Assembly (NCBI GenBank): GCA_963663165.1
Contig: OY760175.1
Span: forward strand, 5,376,001-5,440,000
Length of the DNA stretch: 64,000 nt
Reading direction: 5' to 3'
From: an uncultured Desulfospira sp.
GTDB lineage: Bacteria > Desulfobacterota > Desulfobacteria > Desulfobacterales > Desulfobacteraceae
Made by a program: the position numbers and the translations under genes. The notes beneath the pieces were generated by a model. It ran no database searches and was not told the DNA's origin. It saw only the letters and a list, made by a program, of their open reading frames with translations. Below are positions 30,752 to 40,886 of the stretch, piece after piece; within the stretch, counting starts at the first letter, position 1, and each line of letters starts with the position of its first letter.

Positions 30752-31904
30752 AACGTTCTCCTATAACATTTTAATATAACCCCTGGTGTTGCCGAAACCA
30801 AACTCATTATTGGAGTACAAACATTTTATAAAAATAAACAATCTAAAAAACAAAGAACTGTTTTTTATTCGATGTAAGTCAGTAGTGTCCGGTTAGGTTC
30901 TTGCATATAAAAACCCATTAAATTTATTGAAAATTTTTTATTTTTTCTATTGACAAATGTGCGCAAAAATTTTTGCGCGCCTTGAAAATTTTTCTTTCAA
31001 GGAGGCCAATATGGCGCACATTTCAGTCCCGAAAAAACCAATACAGTCCCTGAATTTTGACAATTTCTTCTTTCCTTTGATAAAGTTGCATCCCATGGCA
31101 CCAGAATTAAAATCACGAGGTGATCGGCCTCTGAAAATGACATTTGAAGACCAGCTAAAAGCGTTGGTATATTTTCATCTTCAAGAACACAAATCTGCTC
31201 GACACCTGATCCAGGATCTCAAAGAGAATGTTTTTGCTAAAGAGTATATTGCTCCAGATGGTGGTATCAGCCGTAGCAGTTTTTCTGAGGCGATAAATCA
31301 CCGGGGTCTTGAACAGCTGCAATTCCTTTTTGAAAATCTTTATAAACAAGCCCGCAAGGTGCTCCCCAAAGAACATGCGCAATTGGGAGAGTTAGTTTCC
31401 ATCGACGGCAGTTTAATTGATGCGGTTTTATCAATGCACTGGGCTGATTACAGAAAAGGAGCTAAGAAAGCAAAAGCGCATTGTGGGTTTGATATCAACC
31501 ATGGCATCCCAAGCAAAATATTCCTTACAGATGGCAACGGTGGAGAGCGTCCTTTTGTAATGCGTATCCTTTCCAAGGGGCAAACCGGTGTGATGGATCG
31601 AGGGTATCAATCGCATAAAGACTTTGATCTGCTTCAGGAAGAAGGCAAACATTTTGTTTGTCGTATTAAAAGCAAAACAACCCGAACCGTAATCGAAAAG
31701 CATGCGGTAAACCCTGACAGCCATATTTTTTATGATGCATTGGTCCTGCTTGGTACTCCTAATCAGAATCAGACCGTCAAACCTGTTCGAGTTGTCGGTT
31801 ATGAAATTGCAGGGGTCAAATACTATGTGGCCACTGATCGACATGATTTAACAGCAGAACAGATAGCCAGTGTGTATAAACTCAGATGGACTATTGAAAA
31901 TTTT

Positions 31905-33336
31905 CTGATTATAACGGATTTAGGGGAACAGAGGCCAAAACCGCTCTAATCATTGGAAGGGGGTAAAAAACTTTTTCGTAACCCATTGAAATCAAAGGGA
32001 ATTCCGACTAGACTTTTTGTCAATAATTTCATATAGTTAGAGACCAAACCCGCCAAGGAGGTCTCTAACTATATGTGGGAAACAGATACAGAATCCGCAA
32101 TCCGAAACCATAGAACCATATGTGTGCCTTTTTCTCAAGATGATTATAATGACAACATTCAAAATCCTGACAAATTTCGGAACTGTCTCAATGAAAGGAT
32201 TGAGCTTTTCCCGGAACTATTTCCAGCTGAAATTTCCAGAGAAGGATATCGAATGAAAGATATCTATCACTCAAAAAAAATGTTGATCCCTATTCGGCGA
32301 ATCGAGATGTCCGGCATTGCTTACACAGTCCGCCCTTCCTTTGTGACACCCTATCTCACCGGCTTGGTCGATGAGGTTGAAAAAGCTCTTTTTATGCGAA
32401 AATTTAATGTGCCCTTCTGGGCACTGAGCCACATTTTCGGTAAGGATCCAATGTATTGGTACCGGATTGAGCAGTCACTTGGTCGCAATAGTATCGTTGG
32501 AACAACCATCCGACAACCGGAAGACATCCCGCAACATCTTGCGGCGGATGAGAAGCATACCCGGATTCTGGGAGAAAAAACTTATGTGGCAACAACTGTT
32601 GGAAATGGCTGCATTCTTGGAGCGTCTGTTGCTCAAAATGCTGGAAAACAAGCCTTGACTGGAGCTTATCAATTTTACCGGGATGAAGCCCAATGCCTTC
32701 GGCCTGAATATTCTCCGGAGACCGTCAATATAGACGGATGGAAAGCTACCCGGCAGGCATGGAAAAGCCTTTTTCCATCGGTAGCCATCGTTTGTTGTTT
32801 TTTGCATGTATTCATAAAAATTCGTGATAGGGCAAAGAAGAAATACAGAGACATTTTTGATGAAACAGCATCAAAACTATGGGATTGTTATCGGGCTGAA
32901 AGCAAAATATCATTTTCACAGCGAATCAGGAGGTTGATCGAATGGTGCAAAAAGCAAGATGCTCCGAATGTTATATCAGACCCCATAAACAAATTACGGA
33001 AAAATATTGTTTCATACAGAAACGCCTATGATCATCCCAAGGCACACAGAACGAGCAACATGGTTGACAGATTGATGCAAAGAATGGATCGCCATCTGTT
33101 CAGCACTCAATATTTTCATGGAGTAATGGATGCAGCGCAACTGAGCATTCGAGGATGGACACTCATTCATAATTTTGCTCCTTACAACCCGGAAACCGTC
33201 AAAAGGCATAACGGATTCAAAAGCCCAGCTGAAAGGCTGAATCAATTTAGATATCACGACAACTGGTTGCATAACCTTTACATTTCGGCTTCTTTGGGTG
33301 GGTACCGAAGCCCTCCCCAAAATCCGATATAATCAG
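31905..33336 (+). mobile_element. IS of uncertain family nested in the IS4 transposase
   Basis: TIRs CTGATTATAACGGATTT / AAATCCGATATAATCAG; 8-bp TSD AAAATTTT. Confidence 0.9.
32073..33332 (+). CDS. DDE-type transposase
   Basis: ADEKH, IDGW, CFLH, TSNMVDRLM; the ORF fills the element. Confidence 0.8.
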   Translation: MWETDTESAIRNHRTICVPFSQDDYNDNIQNPDKFRNCLNERIELFPELFPAEISREGYRMKDIYHSKKMLIPIRRIEMSGIAYTVRPSFVTPYLTGLVDEVEKALFMRKFNVPFWALSHIFGKDPMYWYRIEQSLGRNSIVGTTIRQPEDIPQHLAADEKHTRILGEKTYVATTVGNGCILGASVAQNAGKQALTGAYQFYRDEAQCLRPEYSPETVNIDGWKATRQAWKSLFPSVAIVCCFLHVFIKIRDRAKKKYRDIFDETASKLWDCYRAESKISFSQRIRRLIEWCKKQDAPNVISDPINKLRKNIVSYRNAYDHPKAHRTSNMVDRLMQRMDRHLFSTQYFHGVMDAAQLSIRGWTLIHNFAPYNPETVKRHNGFKSPAERLNQFRYHDNWLHNLYISASLGGYRSPPQNPI

Positions 33337-34021
33337 AAAATTTTTTCAAATGGTGGAAAGAGCATTTAAAGGTGTACCATTTGATTGCCCGCAGTGAATA
33401 TGGGCTTATGGTTCAAATCCTTGCAGGCCTTATCACTTATCTCCTGCTGGCAATCTACTGCCGGGAACAGTTTAACGAGAAAGTCTCCATCAAAAGAGTC
33501 CGGCAGTTGCGTACTGCAATTCTTAATGACCTTTTCACCGGCCACAATGGACCACCGGATTCAGACAGGGACAGTATTGTCAAAGAACAAAAAAAATTAT
33601 CACAAGCAAAAACCTAACCGGACATTACTGGATGTAAGTGACACATTATTTCAAAATCGAACTAATTTATAAAAAGGTATATTATAGAAGCCGCATATCA
33701 ATTTCGCAATCAGGTGTCAACCCAATAAAATGTTAGTAATGAAAAAAATAATATTTCCAATATTGGTCTTCATAATAAAGCTCCAGTTGAAAGAAGGACA
33801 ACATTAGGCTCAAATCTATTTATTAATTGTAACTCAATGTCATTAACTTAACGAAGCGGTTTATAACAGCAGTGGAAACGGCCGCTTCGATTAGGGTGCA
33901 ATCCCATTTAGTGGCATGAACTGACATGTATCCAATTTTTCCGTTTTTCATGCTGCATTGAATACTCTGCCCTCCCAAAAAAAGCTGGACTCCTGGCTCA
34001 TGAAAGGTTATATAGATTTGC

Positions 34022-34894
34022 ATGAGCAGGACTTTAACCATTCAAGGACGTGAATTTTCAGAAGTTGATATACAAACGATACGCCATTTGATTAACGACA
34101 ATCCCGCCTGGCACCGCACTCGTTTATCCAAAGAATTGTGTGCTCGCTGGGATTGGCGCACGGAAAAAGGTCTGCTCAAGGACATGGCCTGTCGAAGCAT
34201 GCTGAGAAAACTTGAGCAAAAAGGGATGGTCACACTTCCCGTTGCCCGTCATAGCGGTAACCGTCAGCGGCGTATTCCCGATGTCCCCCATGATTGTAAG
34301 CCGATAGAAACCACTTTGCGTAAGATCCGCCCGATACAATTGATACCGGTATCGGGCCGTGGAGATATTGATGATTTATTCCATTGCCTTATGGATCGAC
34401 ATCATTACCTTGGGTGTAAAGGGTATGTCGGAGAACATATGAAGTATATGGCTTTTGATCGCAATTCTCGTCCGGTTGCCTGCCTGCTTTTTGGCTCAGC
34501 AGCATGGAAAACGGCCCCTCGTGACCGATTCATCGGTTGGGATAGGTCGGCTCGTCGCAGGAACCTGCATATGACGACCAACAATACCCGATTTTTGATT
34601 TTGCCATGGATTCGAATTCCCCATCTTGCCAGTCATATTCTGGGTTCATGTCTTAGGCGGCTGAGCCGGGACTGGACAGCTAAATATGGTCACGATATCT
34701 GTCTGGTAGAAACTTTCGTGGATCGATCACGCTTTGCCGGAACTTGCTACCAGGCGGCAAATTGGCAAAAAATTGGTCAAAGCAAAGGGCGAAGCCGTCA
34801 AGACAGGCACCACAGACTTCAGGTGCCGATAAAAGACATCTATGTATACCCGTTGACTTCCAATTATAAAAAGCAGCTATGCACACAAACTTGA
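34022..34894 (+). CDS. DUF4338 (DruA-like) protein
   Basis: Protein identical to 15254-16126. Confidence 0.85.
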   Translation: MSRTLTIQGREFSEVDIQTIRHLINDNPAWHRTRLSKELCARWDWRTEKGLLKDMACRSMLRKLEQKGMVTLPVARHSGNRQRRIPDVPHDCKPIETTLRKIRPIQLIPVSGRGDIDDLFHCLMDRHHYLGCKGYVGEHMKYMAFDRNSRPVACLLFGSAAWKTAPRDRFIGWDRSARRRNLHMTTNNTRFLILPWIRIPHLASHILGSCLRRLSRDWTAKYGHDICLVETFVDRSRFAGTCYQAANWQKIGQSKGRSRQDRHHRLQVPIKDIYVYPLTSNYKKQLCTQT

Positions 34895-34951
34895 GGGTTT
34901 CAGTCATCGAAATGACAGGTAATTTTTCAACCTGCAATTCGAGGACTGATC

Positions 34952-36352
34952 ATGAAACTTGCTTCCACTATAAGGGATATTCGAACCCTTCTAACAAAAG
35001 CCGTAGCTGATTTCCAAAACCATCAAAATGCTAATATCCTGTGTGAGCAGGTACGGAACGGCCTCTTCATTATTGTGGAAGCATTTCTGATTCCCGTCAT
35101 TGAAAAGGCACTGTCTGACCCGGATCTTTTATCTGAACTGAAAATTGGTGCCGGTAAAAAGGGACTGCGTTTCAACGGATACCGCCCCAGCAGCATTCGA
35201 TTATTGACAGGAACTACCCTGAGCATCCGATCCCCTTACTTTTCAAAAGTTGTTTCCAAACAACGGCCAGGCCCTAAAACAAAAAAACGACAAAAGGGGA
35301 CAGGCCGCCATTTTGGGCTTGATTACCTTGGTTTTATCGGCAGGTGTTCAACGCTGTTCGCTTCGTCGGTGGTCCATGCAGCATTGCTCTGTCCCTCTTT
35401 TGAAATTGCCCGAAGATCCCTGGAAAACCATGCAATCAACTTAAATGTCAAAACCATACGCCGCATAACAATGAATCTTGCACAGGAAGCTATGCCCCTG
35501 CGTGGCCGGGTATCTTTTGGAGATACTGATCGCGTTGGTGGCAAAACGGTTCTGGTTTGTATCGACGGCGGTCGCCTTCGAGAACGGAGGCCAAAACGGG
35601 GACGTAAATCAAAAGGCCAAAAGCGGCAGGGATATCATACTGAATGGAAAGAACCCATTCAGTTTGTCATACATATTGTCGATCCGGACGGCACAATATC
35701 CAAAAAACACTTGCCGGTTTATGATGCCACAATGGGCGGTATTGATGCCGCTTTTGATATTCTTGAGATCTACTTGCGTGAATTAGATATTCCCAAAGCC
35801 AAGCGTGTTGTTTTCTGCTGTGACGGTGCACGTAGCTATTGGAAGCGAACAGGCCCGCTGGCCAAACGGCTTGAAATCGAATCCTATTATGAGGTAATCG
35901 ACTACACCCATGCAAAACAGAATTTACATGAAATCGTGGACAAATTGCCAAAGAGAATCCCTATAAAAGAAAGAAACCGGATAGCAGAATCTTGGAAGAA
36001 CCTCCTTTGGGATGGCAGATTCAAAGACCTTAGAAAAGAAATTGTAAAACACATTACGTACCCTAAAAGGCGCATAGAAGCACTATCCAAATTTAAAAGT
36101 TACTTCGTGAAAAATCGAAACAGAATGCAGTATCGCCAGTTCCGCAGCCTGAAAATACCTACTGGCAGCGGCTGTGTTGAAAGTGCAATACGTCGGGTTA
36201 TAAATCTCAGAATGAAATCACCGGGTATATTCTGGAAACCGGAAACATCCGAATCAATGTTGTTCTTAAGGAGTCAGCTCCTTTCCGGGAGGTGGAACAT
36301 CTTGACTGACAATATCTTCATACAAATTCGGTCACTTTGCTTAGGCCACTAA
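34952..36352 (+). CDS. DDE transposase (ISKra4/ISLre2-like)
   Basis: Protein identical to 16184-17584. Confidence 0.88.
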   Translation: MKLASTIRDIRTLLTKAVADFQNHQNANILCEQVRNGLFIIVEAFLIPVIEKALSDPDLLSELKIGAGKKGLRFNGYRPSSIRLLTGTTLSIRSPYFSKVVSKQRPGPKTKKRQKGTGRHFGLDYLGFIGRCSTLFASSVVHAALLCPSFEIARRSLENHAINLNVKTIRRITMNLAQEAMPLRGRVSFGDTDRVGGKTVLVCIDGGRLRERRPKRGRKSKGQKRQGYHTEWKEPIQFVIHIVDPDGTISKKHLPVYDATMGGIDAAFDILEIYLRELDIPKAKRVVFCCDGARSYWKRTGPLAKRLEIESYYEVIDYTHAKQNLHEIVDKLPKRIPIKERNRIAESWKNLLWDGRFKDLRKEIVKHITYPKRRIEALSKFKSYFVKNRNRMQYRQFRSLKIPTGSGCVESAIRRVINLRMKSPGIFWKPETSESMLFLRSQLLSGRWNILTDNIFIQIRSLCLGH

Positions 36353-36366
36353 ATGGGAATGCACCC

Positions 36367-36664
36367 TTTTCAGGGTAATGTCTTCTTTTTCTACAAACAG
36401 CCGAACAAAAGATTCCTCAACCATTGAGGGGGTGCTTTTGTAAGGCAAGCGGTCCAGGCAGGATAAAATCACCTTGCATTGCTTTTTAAACTCTGGATGG
36501 TTATTTACAAAAAAGTCCAGATCATCTGAATACCGGTGACCAAGGTAGCATCGGCCTAAGGCCGTTCCACCGGTCAAATAAAAATCCGTGTGCAGGAATT
36601 GGATTTTTTCCAGAATTTCATCCTGAAAAGGATACAGTTTATGGGAATAATATTTGTCTGGCAT
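36367..36664 (-). pseudogene. N-terminal half of the AbiEii-like nucleotidyltransferase
   Basis: FYLTGGTAL...HRYSDDLDFF. Confidence 0.9.
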
Positions 36665-36929
36665 ATCTGTATTTATCTATTCGTGCTTTGGGGAACAAGT
36701 CGTTTAAAATTTCATCGGACAATGCCTTTTTCAAAGTTTCCTCCGGGAGAAGGGCTCTCAAGGTATACCAGTCAAAGGTAGATAAAAGTTTGATATAAAT
36801 GCTTTTGGAAGAAATATGGGGGATATTGTCCATTTCACCATTGATAAAGGAATTCAGGACGTCCAGGTCAATTTTTTTGTCCCAGAACGCTTTTTTGAGA
36901 ATTTGTTTTCTTTCATCAGTCGTATACAT
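36639..36929 (-). CDS. Small partner (putative antitoxin) of the nucleotidyltransferase
   Basis: 96 aa with an FWD motif; overlaps the NTase start; a TTGTCA-N18-TATAGT promoter-like sequence lies upstream. Confidence 0.65.
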   Translation of the reverse strand: MYTTDERKQILKKAFWDKKIDLDVLNSFINGEMDNIPHISSKSIYIKLLSTFDWYTLRALLPEETLKKALSDEILNDLFPKARIDKYRYARQILFP

Positions 36930-37030
36930 TTTAAATATCCATCCTTATCATTCTCAAACTATACCAGATGGTGTTCCCGGTTGACAAGCTTCCTGAAAGG
37001 TGTGGAAAAATTAAAATCCAAAAGCCATCC

Positions 37031-37114
37031 GTCTCAATCCTCTCTAATCGAGGCAACGGTTCTGGCAAAGAACAGCTGGCCTTTATTCGAGATGGTTATC
37101 AAGTCTCAATCCTC
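37031..37114 (-). CRISPR. Relic array fragment: repeat, 36-bp spacer, partial repeat
   Basis: gtctcaatcctctctaatcgaggcaacggttctggc (37031-37066), spacer 37067-37102, gtctcaatcctc (37103-37114). Confidence 0.85.
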
Positions 37115-37583
37115 CCTGCCGGGTGTAAACCGTTTGGGCCTGGTGGCTAACGGATTCCAGGGTAAAGCCGGCCCGTCTGCCCGCTACCTTTTTGCCCAGG
37201 CCGATCTTGCCCATCTGGTCAAAGGCATAGATGAAATAGGGCAGGTTTTTATTCAAAGAACCAAAAAGGATCAGGCCGCAGTTTAAAAATTCTCCGGCTG
37301 CGAAATCGGTTTTTGGGGTTAGGGGCGGTTCCAGGACCATGGGATGGGGCGGGTCTGAGATTCGTTTGTTTTCCGGGACGGGCAGGGCATGGGCGGTTTC
37401 AAAGACCAGGGCATAGGTGCAGTTCGACCTTAAAATGCAGGCGCGGCAATCGTGGTTTTTTAAGGCACAGACCGTTCTCTTAAGCGCATGGCCGAACAGC
37501 CCCCTGAAGGTGGCGCCTTTATACCGGGGCAAAAAAGCATCCCGGCCAAGTTTGATTTGAAAGGTGTATTTTCCGTATTCCAT
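37115..37583 (-). pseudogene. cas6: Cas6-family RAMP endoribonuclease, C-terminally truncated
   Basis: YKGATFRGLFGHALK..VC...CRACILRSNC.Y..VFE, PPHP, GKIGLG; the second RRM and C-terminal G-loop are absent; the frame runs into a repeat remnant. Confidence 0.8.
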
Positions 37584-37630
37584 AAGATAAAGGTTCCCGT
37601 TTAAAAAGGGTTGGTTTCTCTTTTTCACTA

Positions 37631-37657
37631 TACAGAATTCGGCGGATTGGTTTTAAA
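37631..37657 (-). promoter_or_regulatory. Putative ECF-type promoter upstream of cas6
   Basis: TTTAAA-N15-TCTGTA; same motif and spacing at 49820-49846 and 57756-57782. Confidence 0.55.
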
Positions 37658-37894
37658 AAAAGTTTCAATCCGGATTGTGCAAAACAGAACTGCTTGAGGT
37701 CAATAAAAAAAGCAGAAGCAAATTTATTTTGATAGACCACTTTTCGCTTGGCATGTCAACAATTTATGGGAACAAATAAGCTTGGTTTCCTAACCCGGAT
37801 ATTTCACGAAGTTTCTTTGCCTCATATGCAAGGCACAGGCCGGAAAGCCAATAAAACAGACGGTCCCGATCGTTAACTGGTTTTGGGCGGCGAT

Positions 37895-38731
37895 TTATTT
37901 CATGCCGGTAAGTGTAATGCCCTCGACAAATTTGCGTTGAGCAATCAGGAATATTAAGACCAGGGGGGCTGTTATGATTGCCATTGCGGCCATTAGGGCG
38001 CCATAGTCGTTCCCAGCCTCCTCGTTGATGAACAGGATCGCACCAAGGGGCGGGGTGGCCAGCTTTTCTGAATGAATTACAATCAAAGGCCAGAATAAAT
38101 CATTCCAGTGGGAGACCAGCGAGAAAATTCCAAATGCAGCAACCGCTGGATACGCTGCCGGCAGCATGATGCGCCAGATGATGCTGAACTCGCTTAGACC
38201 GTCAATGCGCGCTGCATATATAAGATCATCGGAAACCGTCCGAAAGAACTGCCGCATAAGAAAAATACCGAAGACCGAAATGGTAAAAGGCGCAATCAGT
38301 GCCGCATAAGTATCCAGAATTCCGGCTTTGTAGCAAAGAATATATCTCGGGATGGCAAGAACCTGGGGCGGTACAAGCAGCCCGATCAGTACCATGGCAA
38401 ACAATGCTTTTTTACCCGGAAAATTTAATTTTGCCAGGGCATAAGCACAGGGAAGGGCAAACAGAACCTGGAAAAAAAAGATACCCGCACACACAATGAC
38501 CCCGTTTGCAATATAGCGAAGCAATGGAGATTCAGTCAGGGCCATTGAATAATTGCGCCAGACAGCCCAGCTGTTTGGCAGAATATGAAATTGAGGACTG
38601 AATAGTTCCTCGGGCGGCCTGAAAGAAATAAGGACGGCCCAGATAAAGGGCGCAAGTGCGATGAATGCACCGGCTATGAGCAGGCAATGCCTGACAGCAG
38701 ACCATACAAATTGTCTTTTTAAATGTTTCAT
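37895..38731 (-). CDS. Carbohydrate ABC transporter permease (UgpE/MalG-like)
   Basis: AARIDG EAA loop, WNDLFWPL. Confidence 0.92.
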   Translation of the reverse strand: MKHLKRQFVWSAVRHCLLIAGAFIALAPFIWAVLISFRPPEELFSPQFHILPNSWAVWRNYSMALTESPLLRYIANGVIVCAGIFFFQVLFALPCAYALAKLNFPGKKALFAMVLIGLLVPPQVLAIPRYILCYKAGILDTYAALIAPFTISVFGIFLMRQFFRTVSDDLIYAARIDGLSEFSIIWRIMLPAAYPAVAAFGIFSLVSHWNDLFWPLIVIHSEKLATPPLGAILFINEEAGNDYGALMAAMAIITAPLVLIFLIAQRKFVEGITLTGMK

Positions 38732-39678
38732 GAATAGTGTATCCGTTTATCCATGAACCATACCTGCAAAAGTGTGAGCGTCAGGATAATTGCCAAATAA
38801 ACAATTGCCAGTGAAGCGGCATGTCCGGTGCGGAAAAAGACAAAGGCCTCATTATAAATTGTGTAGAGCATTACCTCAGACGCCTTGTTCGGTCCCCCCC
38901 TTGTCAGAACGGCAACCGTATCAAAGACCTGAAAGGCCCGGATAGCCGTAATCACCAGAACAAACATGAAAGTGGGGCCAAGAAGGGGCCAGGTGACCAT
39001 GTGAAACTTATCCCAGGCATTGTCTGCACCGTCCACCTGGGCGGCCTCATACAGGTCGCCGGGAATGGATGCAAGCCCGGCAAGAAAAAGAACCATATTA
39101 AAGCCAAATGCCTGCCAGATACCAATGACACACAAAGTGCCCAGAACAGTGGTTTCATTTTGCAGCCAGCTTTTGGAGAGATCCGGCCCCAGGAGCCTGA
39201 TGGCATGATTTAAAAGGCCGATCTGGGGGTGGAGAACCATCTGCCAGGCCACTGCCATGGCTGCCATTGTGGCCATGACCGGCAGAAAATAGGCGGCTTT
39301 ATAAAATGATTTAAGACAGGTGCACGACTCAATCATGATGGCGGCAACAAGACCCATAACCACTGATATGGGAACAACAACGGCCACATAAATGGTCGTG
39401 TTTACCAAAGATTTCAAAAAGACCGGGTCATTGAACAAAACCTGAAAATTATCCAGGCCGACAAAGGAAAACGTGCCGGCACCAAATTCCCAGTCGGTAA
39501 CGCATATGATGATTACCGCCGCTACCGGGCCGATAATCATAAGAAAGATCAGCAACACGGCAGGGGCTGACAGGATATAGGCCGTCAGGGCCTCCATGTT
39601 GCCGTTCAGTCCTCGGGGATTTTTCGGAACAACGCTGTCAGCGGTCATGGTATGTGATATTGGGGGTTTCTCAACCAT
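38728..39678 (-). CDS. Carbohydrate ABC transporter permease (UgpA/MalF-like)
   Basis: FVGLDNF, LYEAAQVDGA; start approximate. Confidence 0.9.
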   Translation of the reverse strand: MVEKPPISHTMTADSVVPKNPRGLNGNMEALTAYILSAPAVLLIFLMIIGPVAAVIIICVTDWEFGAGTFSFVGLDNFQVLFNDPVFLKSLVNTTIYVAVVVPISVVMGLVAAIMIESCTCLKSFYKAAYFLPVMATMAAMAVAWQMVLHPQIGLLNHAIRLLGPDLSKSWLQNETTVLGTLCVIGIWQAFGFNMVLFLAGLASIPGDLYEAAQVDGADNAWDKFHMVTWPLLGPTFMFVLVITAIRAFQVFDTVAVLTRGGPNKASEVMLYTIYNEAFVFFRTGHAASLAIVYLAIILTLTLLQVWFMDKRIHYS

Positions 39679-40840
39679 AGGCCGGTTCGCATTTTCTGGA
39701 TAAAGGCCGGGCATTAATCCGTTTTCCCTGTTCATTGAATACAAGCAGGCGGCGTAACGGCAGCTTGAGCCACACCTTTGATCCGGTCGGCACATCGCTG
39801 CCGGCCAGAGGATCAAGCCGGACGGTTACCTTTTGTTCGCAGTTGTTGATCCTGACATAGGCGAGCACCTCGGATCCCAGGTTTTCTCGAAAAATTACGG
39901 TTCCGGGAATACCTTGCTTTTGGCTATTGGTAAAAAGATTTACCGCCTCGGGGCGGGCGGCGACAATCACTTTGGTACCCGGAGAAAGCCCTGTCTCCAC
40001 CGGGATGAAATGATTAAAAACGTCTAGTCCGCCCATGGCGGATACGAGGGCCGGAAGCGTGTTGATTCCAGGGCTGCCTATGAATTCAGCCACACGCAGG
40101 TCAACCGGCTCGCTGTAGATTTCATCAGGGGATGCCGCCTGAAGAATACGGCCGTTCATCATCACGGCGATCCTGTCGGACATGGTCATGGCCTCGGCCT
40201 GATCGTGGGTGACATAAATAAAAGTCACCCCCAGGCGCTGGTGAAGCTGCACAATCTCCGTTCGCATCTGCACTCTCAATTTGGCATCAAGGTTGGACAA
40301 CGGCTCATCCATTAAAAAGACAACCGGCTGTCGAACCATGGCACGCCCCAATGCGACACGCTGGGCCTGTCCGCCGGACAGTTGCCTGGGTTTCCGGGTT
40401 AAAAGGTGCTCGATGCCCAGCATCCGGGCGGTTTCCATAACATCTTTTTCAATACGGCTTAAAATCCGGCCTGTGCCCGGGAAAAAGCGGCCTATCAGCG
40501 GAAGGCGCTGGTATCTTTTTAAACGGCGCATCTGCAGTGGTACCGCAATATTGTTAAAAACCGTCATGTGAGGATATAGGGCATAGGATTGAAAGACCAT
40601 GGCTGTATTGCGCTCTTTGGGTTTTTTGCCGTCAATACATTCATTCTCAAGATAGATATTGCCACTGGTTTGTTCTTCAAGGCCGGCGATGATGCGCAAA
40701 AGTGTTGTTTTGCCGCAGCCGGAGGGCCCTACAAGACTAATAAATTCTCCTTTACCGATGTCAAGTTCAATATTTTTCAGTATCTGGGAGCTGCCAAAGT
40801 TTTTGCAGATATTCCTGATTAAAACGCCGGGCATATCCAA
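39671..40840 (-). CDS. ABC transporter ATPase (UgpC/MalK-like)
   Basis: GPSGCGKTT, LSGGQ, MDEPLSNLDAKLR. Confidence 0.95.
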   Translation of the reverse strand: MDMPGVLIRNICKNFGSSQILKNIELDIGKGEFISLVGPSGCGKTTLLRIIAGLEEQTSGNIYLENECIDGKKPKERNTAMVFQSYALYPHMTVFNNIAVPLQMRRLKRYQRLPLIGRFFPGTGRILSRIEKDVMETARMLGIEHLLTRKPRQLSGGQAQRVALGRAMVRQPVVFLMDEPLSNLDAKLRVQMRTEIVQLHQRLGVTFIYVTHDQAEAMTMSDRIAVMMNGRILQAASPDEIYSEPVDLRVAEFIGSPGINTLPALVSAMGGLDVFNHFIPVETGLSPGTKVIVAARPEAVNLFTNSQKQGIPGTVIFRENLGSEVLAYVRINNCEQKVTVRLDPLAGSDVPTGSKVWLKLPLRRLLVFNEQGKRINARPLSRKCEPAYG

Positions 40841-40886
40841 CCCTCATGAGTCCTGACAAAAATCAAAGCCTATGTTTTTCCTGCCG

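Larger units (their letters stand above)
30880..33630 (+). mobile_element. IS4-family element interrupted by a second IS
   Basis: TIRs CAGTAGTGTCCGGTTAGG / CCTAACCGGACATTACTG; 9-bp TSD GATGTAAGT; transposase (SIDGS, VMDRGY, YKLRWTIENF|FKWWK) split at 31904/33337. Confidence 0.92.
33894..36366 (+). mobile_element. ISKra4/ISLre2-like IS with DUF4338 gene, copy 2
   Basis: Same sequence as copy 1; flanked by CTTCGATTA (left) and TTTTCAGGG (right). Confidence 0.92.
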
